In this document: positions 35,585 to 43,288 of the stretch, piece by piece
How the letters are laid out: every line of letters begins with the position of its first letter
How positions within the stretch are numbered: position 1 is the first letter of the stretch
Assembly: GCA_028867115.1 (NCBI GenBank)
Contig: JAGWGY010000003.1
Span: 1-43,288 of the forward strand
Direction of reading: 5' to 3'
DNA from: Candidatus Micrarchaeota archaeon
GTDB lineage: Archaea > Micrarchaeota > Micrarchaeia > Micrarchaeales > CABMGC01
Length of the DNA: 43,288 bases
Program-made: the position numbers and the translations under genes
Notes under the pieces: generated by a model
The model's database searches: none
Seen by the model: the letters and a program-made list of their open reading frames with translations, nothing else
Told to the model about the DNA's origin: nothing

Positions 35585-36823
35585 TCAGTTCAGCCCTGAT
35601 GTTCTGGCCGATAGCTCGCGCAGCTCCTGCTCGCTCTGGGTCGGCTCTCCTGCGCTCAGTAGCGCAATCTCGCCCTGCTCTATGCCCATGATCTCCCTTA
35701 TGAACTGGGCCTCGTCGCGCTTTATCGTGTTGTGCAGGTCAGTGTAGAGGTGGGTCCTAAAGCCGTTTTGTGAGAATATCGCCATATTGAGCGCCTCTTT
35801 GTGCTTTGCGCTCATCTTTACGGCAAGCACCCTGCCGCCGCGCTTTATCACGCTGTTTATGCGCTCCTCCTCGCAGTTTATGAATGCGCTCGTGACGTCG
35901 AATATGGTCTGCGCCTCCTGCTTGCCCTTCTGCAGGTACGTGCCGCCAAGGGCGTCTGCCTTCTGCAAAAAGAGCCCGACCCCAACAAGCGCCGCTATCG
36001 CTATGTAGTAGGGCCTTATCGCCTCGCCGAATATGAAGAACGAATAGATGAACGTAAGGAATGGGGAGAGGAAGTAGAGGTTCGTCACAAGCGTGGTCTT
36101 GAGCATGCGCAGCGCGCTGTAGTACATCACGCCCAGCGTTGAGAACCCGACTACGCCCATGTATGCTATTGCAATCAGCTCGCTTGCGCTGATTGGGGAA
36201 GGGGAGAACCCACCTAGCAGGAAGATCGAGCCGAAGAGTATCGAGTTTGTAATGTTGAATAGGAACATCGAGCTGTAGATGTCAAACATCATCTTCTTTA
36301 TCATAACAGATGTGAACGCGTTCGAAAGGGCGACGCCTATCAGCAGAAGTATTATTGGAAAATCCGATCCGGCGCTTATGTTAAGGCTGCCGCTCAGCGC
36401 AATCACAAGTCCCAGAAGCGCAAGGCCGAGCGCTGCAACCTGGTACTTCGTGACCCTCTCCCTGAGGACGAACGGCAGGAAGATCAGCATCAGCAGAGGG
36501 AAAGTGCGGTATATTGCGGCTGCAAGGGAGACGCTGACGAACCTCTCCGCATACAGGAACCCGTATCCCCAGACAGCGTACTGCAATATCCCTATCGCGG
36601 CTATCACGCCAAGGTCCCTTGGGTTCGTAAGATACTCTATCAGCCTGCTGGTCCTGCCCTTGAGCACCACGAATACAAGCATTGTGGCGCTTGCCGCTAT
36701 CGATACCAGGAAGAGGAATTCTGGTATGTTCATCTTCGTCCCGAAGCCAAAGGCAACAGGCACCAATGCGCCCAGCAGTATCGATGAGATTAGGAAGACG
36801 TACGCAAGCGCATTGAGACGCAT
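35585..36823 (-). CDS. EamA/DMT transporter with a C-terminal soluble GAD-like domain
   Basis: Ten TMs in two EamA repeats (P...LRERVT; SPFLT...FGEAI) plus a ~105-aa cytosolic tail. Confidence 0.85.
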   Translation of the reverse strand: MRLNALAYVFLISSILLGALVPVAFGFGTKMNIPEFLFLVSIAASATMLVFVVLKGRTSRLIEYLTNPRDLGVIAAIGILQYAVWGYGFLYAERFVSVSLAAAIYRTFPLLMLIFLPFVLRERVTKYQVAALGLALLGLVIALSGSLNISAGSDFPIILLLIGVALSNAFTSVMIKKMMFDIYSSMFLFNITNSILFGSIFLLGGFSPSPISASELIAIAYMGVVGFSTLGVMYYSALRMLKTTLVTNLYFLSPFLTFIYSFFIFGEAIRPYYIAIAALVGVGLFLQKADALGGTYLQKGKQEAQTIFDVTSAFINCEEERINSVIKRGGRVLAVKMSAKHKEALNMAIFSQNGFRTHLYTDLHNTIKRDEAQFIREIMGIEQGEIALLSAGEPTQSEQELRELSARTSGLN

Positions 36824-36870
36824 AACATTACCAATAGGGATGCGCTCTAAAAGGCTTTAAATGCAGGATA

Positions 36871-36939
36871 AAAATTGCAATTTTGCTATGAAATGTTGTT
36901 ATTTTGAGATATGCCTATAAAAAGGGGATTGTGCACAAT
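36871..36939. promoter_or_regulatory. Two perfect palindromes in the divergent promoter: AAAATTGCAATTTT (36871-36884) and ATTGTGCACAAT (36928-36939)
   Basis: Read directly; both centred on TGCA; TATA-like boxes at ~36856 and ~36916. Confidence 0.6.
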
Positions 36940-36946
36940 AATACTA

Positions 36947-38011
36947 ATGGAGGACCTCTCTGATGCTTACGATTTCCACAGCGAGTTCAACGACAGGTAC
37001 AGCATTGCCACAAGGAAAGTCTTGCGCATCCTATCAGAGAACTCGAGGGCATCCGTTTCAGAGATTGCAAAATACGCCCAGGTCTCTAGAAGGACGGCGG
37101 CTGAGAAGATAGAGCAGGTGAAGAAGGCCTTCGGCGTCAAGTTCACTGTTGAGCTAAACGAGCAGGCTCTGGGAATGAACAGCCCGCACATAATAGTGGT
37201 CAAGTTCAAGCAGAAGCCAGACTACGTCCACATACTCAGGGTGCTTAACAGCACGTCGATCTCGCAGGTTGCTGCGCTGACTAAGGGGGATTACGACATG
37301 TTCGTCTATGCCAACGCTCTCTCGGGGTCGGAATACGCACACTGGTATAAGAGCATGCAGATCCTCTTCTCAAGATACGGCGTATCGTGGCTCTCCTCAG
37401 AGGTGGTCCACAAGCAGCTGGGGTTCTTCCCGCTGCGGAACGACCTTATCGACAGGCTGGGCATAGCGCAAAAATACAAGGACCTGCTAAAGATACTTAA
37501 CGAGGATTCGAGGGCATCGTTCCAGTCTATCTCAAAGTCGCTCGGAATGCACTTCAACACTGTTGCATACAACTTTGCAAAGCTTTTGCAGATAGGCTAC
37601 ATAAAGAGGTTCACGATAACGATGCAGCCAAGCAAGGAGCTCGCATTCATGTCCTTCTTCAGCAGGTACAGCCCGGTAGACGGATACGAGGATGCATCGT
37701 CGAGGGCGAGGAAGGCATTCATGTCCGATGACAAGGACTCGCTAATAAGCAGGTACATACTCAGCGCCCCTCTGATTGGGAGCTATGATTTCATGACAAT
37801 GGGGGTGTTTGACAGCCTGAAGGTTGCAAAGAAAAATGACATAGACTACCACAAATACGTGCTCAGGAACCACGGAACTAAGCTGGAGAGCGCATATCTT
37901 GACAGGGTCCTTCAGGGCAGGCTTCCGATAAGGAGCCTGGACACCAAAAGGGCTTACGACACCATAAAATGGACCCCGAGCGAGGTCCGGCAGGCGCCTC
38001 CCATCAACTGA
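36947..38011 (+). CDS. Tandem double Lrp/AsnC family regulator
   Basis: Two HTHs (LSENSRASVSEIAK; LNEDSRASFQSISK...IKRFT), each followed by a RAM-like domain (GDYD; GSYD). Confidence 0.85.
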   Translation: MEDLSDAYDFHSEFNDRYSIATRKVLRILSENSRASVSEIAKYAQVSRRTAAEKIEQVKKAFGVKFTVELNEQALGMNSPHIIVVKFKQKPDYVHILRVLNSTSISQVAALTKGDYDMFVYANALSGSEYAHWYKSMQILFSRYGVSWLSSEVVHKQLGFFPLRNDLIDRLGIAQKYKDLLKILNEDSRASFQSISKSLGMHFNTVAYNFAKLLQIGYIKRFTITMQPSKELAFMSFFSRYSPVDGYEDASSRARKAFMSDDKDSLISRYILSAPLIGSYDFMTMGVFDSLKVAKKNDIDYHKYVLRNHGTKLESAYLDRVLQGRLPIRSLDTKRAYDTIKWTPSEVRQAPPIN

Positions 38012-38106
38012 TTCCCGAGGGAGCATTGTACAAAATAACAAATACTGCTGTTAATTTTGTAATTTAGAGACAGGTATATAAACCAGATAATCCATATCTT
38101 ATTTCA

Positions 38107-38175
38107 GTAAGGTATGGCTCGCGTTTTTGGTCCCCACCTAATTCCCTGCCATACCTTCCTATTTCCCCTTTTTCT
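38107..38175 (+). ncRNA. Candidate small hairpin RNA (alternatively a 28-aa peptide, 38114-38200)
   Basis: TATATAAA at 38075-38082, perfect 10-bp stem AAGGTATGGC/GCCATACCTT, pyrimidine/U-tract downstream. Confidence 0.45.
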
Positions 38176-38196
38176 GATTCATCAATTTGTCCCTAT

Positions 38197-38739
38197 TTAG
38201 CGAAGCCTTGTCCCGCAGTGCGGGCAGTATTCGTTGTCCTTTGAAGACCTCCTGCCGCATGAAGGGCACATTACCTCGTTTCTCCTATCAAGGCCCTCGC
38301 TTGGAGGCGGCCTGGTCTTTTGTATGTCGAGCACAGGCTCGATGTGTTTTGCGATCTCTGATAGCTTTATGTTGAGGTGCTCTATCACGGTCTTCCCGTC
38401 CTTGTACCTAAAGCCTGCAAGGGTCTTAGGCCTGCCTGCGCTCATCTCGGCTGATTCGCCAAGGTAGCTCACTATTATCGAGCACAGTATCAGCCCCTTT
38501 TCCAGCCTTATCGCCCTTATCGCACCTATCGGGATTATGGTGACGTTGCGCAGGAGGCCGAGCCAGTGCCTGCTGACTATCAGTATCCTCTCGTTTGTGA
38601 TGAAGATTATGTGGGGCTTGAATATCGAGTTTGGGGAAACCCCGGGCCACCACCTGGTCTGCCGGACAATCAGGTCTATCTTCTCCCCTGGCATCAGGAA
38701 ATCCCTGATGTAGTGCGCATAAGGCAGCTCCTCGGTCAA
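38197..38739 (-). CDS. Bacterial-type PH domain protein with C-terminal zinc ribbon
   Basis: LMPGEKI...IFITNERILIV; CPSCG...YCPHCGTRL. Confidence 0.8.
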   Translation of the reverse strand: MTEELPYAHYIRDFLMPGEKIDLIVRQTRWWPGVSPNSIFKPHIIFITNERILIVSRHWLGLLRNVTIIPIGAIRAIRLEKGLILCSIIVSYLGESAEMSAGRPKTLAGFRYKDGKTVIEHLNIKLSEIAKHIEPVLDIQKTRPPPSEGLDRRNEVMCPSCGRRSSKDNEYCPHCGTRLR

Positions 38740-38788
38740 ACTTGCACCGTATATTCATGCTAATGGGCTTGCTACCATTATAAATCCA

Positions 38789-39346
38789 TCAGAGGCGACG
38801 TCTTGTGAAAGCTGCCCTTACAAGTGGGCCGCTCCTCTTAAACACGCCGTGGAAGCCTTTGTAGTGTGCCCGTAATAATGCGGTATCAGTAGGCAAGGTG
38901 TCGTAAATTATCAGCTGCCCACCTTTATTGAGCCTGCCAAGTGCACCTGATATTCCTGCGCGCTTATCCCCCCATTCATGGAAGGAGTTGGTTGATATAA
39001 CCAGATCGAAACGCCCTTTTACTTGGAGCGCTTCTGATTTTCCTAATATAAGTCTAAGCTTCTTTGGCCCGAGTCTTTTTGCCTTTGCTATCTCTTTTTT
39101 GTCCTGGTCGACCCCACATAGTTTGGCATTCCTGAAATTTTGCATCTTTGACATCCGTCTAAGGAGCTTTGCACTTCCGCAACCTATGTCTAATACCGAC
39201 CTTACATTCAGTCCTGAAATGTCTTCAAGAACAAATCCGTGAACACCATTTATGATTTTCCTGTTTCCCCGCTGCATTATCCGATAGCCGCGCTTCCATA
39301 TGTTGAAGCCTGCGCGCACCTGCCTCAGGGCGATCTTGGATTTCAT
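38789..39346 (-). CDS. Class I SAM-dependent methyltransferase
   Basis: VLDIGCGSA, GVD, FDLVISTNSFHEW, LNKGG. Confidence 0.85.
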   Translation of the reverse strand: MKSKIALRQVRAGFNIWKRGYRIMQRGNRKIINGVHGFVLEDISGLNVRSVLDIGCGSAKLLRRMSKMQNFRNAKLCGVDQDKKEIAKAKRLGPKKLRLILGKSEALQVKGRFDLVISTNSFHEWGDKRAGISGALGRLNKGGQLIIYDTLPTDTALLRAHYKGFHGVFKRSGPLVRAAFTRRRL

Positions 39347-39403
39347 TAGAACAACAAGTGCATCGCAATTTTATATAATAATGCTACCATACTATCTGGT
39401 TCA

Positions 39404-39709
39404 ATGGCAGAATCATCAATCCAGAACGAGTTTGACGATATCATGACAAGAGAGGACCTGCTGCAGCTCGTCACAAGGATAAGAAAACTCCCCCCGAAAT
39501 CGATTGATGAGTTATGGTATAGGAATGAGTTTGTTTTTCAGGACAAAGGGCAGAACAGAGCGATCCCAAAGAAGGCAATCGATGACCTGTTAGGGTCTGA
39601 CAGCGCTGCTGAGGAGCTTGTCACTATGCTCTTCATGGAGACGCATCTTGACGACATGAGAAAGCATCTTGCGGACATAGAGAGGGAAGCCGATTCGCAA
39701 GACGAGTAG
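39404..39709 (+). CDS. Hypothetical protein
   Basis: 101-aa acidic ORF with TATA (TTTATATAA) upstream. Confidence 0.65.
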   Translation: MAESSIQNEFDDIMTREDLLQLVTRIRKLPPKSIDELWYRNEFVFQDKGQNRAIPKKAIDDLLGSDSAAEELVTMLFMETHLDDMRKHLADIEREADSQDE

Positions 39710-39766
39710 TCACTACAGTCAACTAAACGGCTATACAATCAAGGCTAAAAATGGCTAAAGAGAGTT

Positions 39767-40492
39767 TTGTCCGATATCTTGGGGGACGGCGACAACGCAA
39801 TAGTAGGGAGGAACAGGTACTTCGCATTCTGCCTCAAGGCGGGCGAGCTTGCCAGGGAGAGCGGTAGCTACGACATGCTGAAGTTCCGAATGATGGGCGC
39901 TGAGCTTGGATTCCTAAACCTGCTTTTCGAGAAGGTCGACCGGATGACGGGCAGGATTGAGCTGAAAGACGTATACAAGAAGGCACTAAGGGACGACCCA
40001 AAGGTTGGGATTGATGTGCGAATAGGGGGGAGGTCGGTAAAGGATGAGCTGCTCGACCTGAAAGGGGAGAATGCAAACCAGCTTGAGCAGATATACGTAG
40101 ATGCATTCAACTACTCACTCACAGTTCTTGAGGCCAACCAGGCAAGGCACTTCGTAAAGCGTGCCAGGCTTTTTGCAAATTTGTTTGGGGACCATACGGT
40201 GCTCGCATTCGCACAGCTCCTCGTGAGGCAGGCGGAGAAGGAGAACGGGACGGAGTACTTCATGGAACCGGATTCAATGTGCAGATATGTCGATGACATC
40301 AGGAATGGCGAGATGAATAGGGAGAAAGTCAAAGAGGAGCTGATTGCAGCTTACAAATATGCAAAGAGAAAGCCGCCCAAGGGCGCTGGGGAGAGGGCCA
40401 TGGATAAAATGGCGATATTTTGGGGGAGGGTAAGCAGACACAGGGGCGTTACCGTAGAGGCAAAGGCGGAGATGAAGCTTGACGAGGAATAA
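39767..40492 (+). CDS. Hypothetical protein
   Basis: 241-aa ORF with host-like codon usage; no recognised motif. Confidence 0.65.
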   Translation: MSDILGDGDNAIVGRNRYFAFCLKAGELARESGSYDMLKFRMMGAELGFLNLLFEKVDRMTGRIELKDVYKKALRDDPKVGIDVRIGGRSVKDELLDLKGENANQLEQIYVDAFNYSLTVLEANQARHFVKRARLFANLFGDHTVLAFAQLLVRQAEKENGTEYFMEPDSMCRYVDDIRNGEMNREKVKEELIAAYKYAKRKPPKGAGERAMDKMAIFWGRVSRHRGVTVEAKAEMKLDEE

Positions 40493-40515
40493 GGGGCCTG
40501 AAAGATACGGCGCAA

Positions 40516-40533
40516 AAAACAATCTATATAAAC
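40516..40533 (+). promoter_or_regulatory. Promoter (A-rich BRE plus TATATAAA) of the 23S rRNA gene
   Basis: AAAAACAATCTATATAAAC about 170 nt upstream of the 23S 5' end. Confidence 0.6.
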
Positions 40534-40700
40534 CTTCTCTACCTAATAGGTTGTCAGTGCTTTGATGTCCGGTTCTGCTTTCTAGAGGCAATACTCGAGA
40601 GCACCTGCTTTATGAAAAGTATGTTTCTTAGAGTAGCCCAACCGTGATGCACTATTGTGAGATCGCCGTCTCGGCGATTGATTTGAGGAGAAGTGAAGCT

Positions 40701-43288
40701 TGCAATTTATAAGCCACCTAGTGGATGGCTTGGCTCTGGTAGCGAAGAAGGCCGTGGCAAGCTGCGATAAGCCCGGGGTAGCCGCAAGTCGGGCCCTGAA
40801 CCCGGGATAGCCGAATTGTGCGCCATGAATAGTGGCGCATGCGCACGCGGGGAATTGAAATATCTTAGTACCCGCAGGAGAAGAAATCAACAGAGATTCC
40901 GTCAGTAACGCGAGTGAAAGCGGAGTAGGGCAAACTGAATCCCCCTTGCAAAAGGTGCGGAGATGTGGTGCAGCTTTTAATGCCGATATGCGAACAGAAG
41001 GAACTGGAAAGTTCCGCCATAGAGAGTGACAGCCTCGTATGTGAAGCATGTCGGGATGTGCTGTGTAGGAGTAGTTCGGCCTAAATACGTCGAACGAATA
41101 CGGGATCATTAAATTCCAACCCTAAATATTGACTAGAGACCGATAGCGAACAAGTAGTGCGAACGAAAGCTGAAAAGATCCCACACGCGTGGGTGTGAAA
41201 AGATCTGAAACTAGGTGGTTACAAGAAGACAAGGCATGGAAGGGTTATCCCTCATGGAAGCGAAATGCCGAAAGGCTGGAGCGACATGAGGTACCAGTGT
41301 TTTGTCCTTCTTCTTGAAGCAAGAGCCAGGGAGTGTATTGGAGTGGCAAGATAATATCGAAGTGAAAGCGAGTGCGCGCACGCAAGGAGGCGCAGGGCAT
41401 GAAAATGCCTAAGTCACTTCTCTACGACCCGAAGCTATTGTGATCTACGCGCGGCCAGGGCGAAGGGAGCTTGATGGCTCCTGGAGGCCCGCAACCTGTC
41501 ATGGCATGTCCTGTTGGGTGAGCTGCGGGTAGGGGCGATAGACCATTCGAACATAGCAATAGCGGGTCCCCTCCGAAGTATCTTCAGGATAGCTCCAGAC
41601 GAGCTTGCATATGCGGTAGAGCGACCGATTAGAGGGCGCGGAGTCGAAAGGCTCTACCCTCCCGTCAAACTCCGAATGCATATGCTGCGTAGACTCTGGG
41701 AGTCGGCCGCATTGGGTAAGCTAGTGCGACGAGACCGTAAAGTCGGTGACTGGGGTTAAGGTCCCTAAATCGTGATTAAGTGCATCGAACGAGGAAGCTC
41801 TCGTAGACAGTCGGGAGGTAGGCTCAGAAGCAGCCACCCTTTAAAAAACGCGTAATAGCGTACCGATTGAGAGAGTTTTCTCCGAAAATGGACGGGGCTA
41901 AATCATGTACCGAGACCTCAGAATTGAAATATATTGGTAGGAGGGCGTGTTACACGGCTAGAAGTAGGGTCTTGCGATCCTATGGACTGTGTAATAGAGA
42001 AAATCCTGGTGTAAGTAATAGCATATAATTGTGAGAATCAATTACCCCGGAAGCACAAGGTTTTCCTCGCGATGATCGTCAGCGGGGAGTTAGCCGGTCC
42101 TAAGCGCGCAGCCAATTACTCGCGCGCAAAAGGGTATCCAGTTAATATTCTGGAGCTTGACACGTAGGCGTGGCAACACAAGGTTGATTTCTGACGCTTG
42201 GGGATAGGCCTGCAAACAGGCGCAGTTGGCTGTGGAGTCTCATTATGAGGAGAAACAGCTCAATGTGCCGCAACGGCTGAATTCCTGAGCCCGTGAAAAG
42301 GGAATCGACAACAATCGTGTCAATCCGTACCTAGAACCAGTACAGGTGCTGCTGGCTGAAAAGGCCAAGGGGTGTGGGAAGAACCAAGGTTAGGGAAATC
42401 GGCAAGTTCGTGGCGTAAGTTTTCGAAAAGCCATGTCTGCACTTAGTAAGAGCAGATAGCATTAACTAGGGGACGACGACTGTTTATCAAAAACACAACT
42501 CGCCGCAAAGCCGTAAGGCTTAGTACAGCGGGTGACGCCTGCTCACCGCTAGCACGCGAAACTCGGTTTCAACCGAACAAAGCACTAGCAAAGAGCGGGA
42601 GTAACTCTGACTCTCTTTAGGTAGCGTAATACCTCGTCACTTAATAGGTGACTTGCATGAAGGGCGTAACGATTGTCCCACTGTCCCAATCTTGGATCCC
42701 GTGAACTCACTGCGTGGTGAATATGCCACGTCCCTTCAGTGGGAAATGAAGTCTCCATGAAGCTTGACTATAGCCTGTTGTTGCTGCGCCGTGGGCGCTG
42801 CACAGCGTAAGTGGGAGCATCGATCCGCCGGCTCCGGCCGGCGGGGAGCGATCCTGTAACACCACTCTACGCTTACTGCGCAACTAACCCCGCAAGGGGA
42901 ACAGCAGCAGGTGGGTAGTTAGACTGGGCGGTTTCTTTCGATAAGGAAACGAAAGTGACCAATGCTCCGCTTAAGCTGGTTGGAAACCAGCTGTTAAGCA
43001 TAAAAGCAAATGCGGGGCTGACTGTGTCCTTAAAAGCGTTGGACGCAGACAAGAAATTGCGGTTTAGCGAACCTTGGTGCCCCTTTAATGGGGGCCCACG
43101 CTGTCAGATAAGTTACTCTGGAGGTAACCGGTTCGTGGCTGGTGAGAGTTCACATCGACCCAGCCGTTTGATACATCGATATGGGCTTAGGTCATCCTGG
43201 CGGTGCAGGAGCCGCCAAGGGCCGGACTGCTCGTCCGTTAAAGACCTACATGAGCTGAGTTCAGTACGTCGCAAGACAGTACGGTAAT
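40701..43288 (+). rRNA. rrl: 23S rRNA, archaeal, divergent; 5' end approximate, 3' end beyond the window
   Basis: AAGCC...GTGGATGGCTTGGCT, GAAGAAGGCCGTGGCAAGCTGCGATAAGC, ACCGATAGCGAACAAGTA, CAGAAGCAGCCACC, GTAACTCTGACTCTCTT, PTC domain V at the end. Confidence 0.98.

Noticed and set aside
40582-43287. ORFs within the 23S region, as possible intron-encoded endonucleases
   Set aside because: rRNA conserved blocks are collinear and the length leaves no room for an intron; no LAGLIDADG motif
1-43288. CRISPR arrays, IS elements, integrases, stop-codon recoding
   Set aside because: No repeat-spacer arrays or transposase/integrase motifs seen; conserved genes end normally at TAA, TAG and TGA

Overview
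Core-genome segment of an archaeon. The rRNA and ribosomal-protein types, GGTGA-type Shine-Dalgarno (SD) motifs, bulge-helix-bulge (BHB) tRNA introns at non-canonical sites and unlinked 23S point to DPANN, most likely Micrarchaeota (inferred, not searched). It carries a GT2 glycosyltransferase (cut by the window edge), an MFS pump, a regulator-grpE-dnaK-short dnaJ operon, a presenilin-type protease, MCM, MetRS, the two separated halves of the archaeal S13/RpoD ribosomal cluster, Kae1/Bud32, an unlisted eL41, pyruvate kinase, class II LysRS, a divergent TFB, LeuA/CimA, polyprenol-related genes, five tRNAs and a free-standing 23S rRNA that runs off the end. The most notable observations are: (1) a module made of an EamA transporter fused to a GatE-like GAD insertion domain, a divergent double Lrp regulator with palindromic operators, and a promoter-flanked hairpin sRNA candidate; (2) a 23S peptidyl-transferase centre with many covarying changes at near-universal positions and a shortened P-loop; (3) tRNA-Pro with an A34 (AGG) anticodon; (4) MetRS and Bud32 that can only start at non-canonical codons (ATA/CTG), with uORFs at MetRS; (5) a two-state structured leader on pyruvate kinase. 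No CRISPR array or mobile element was seen.
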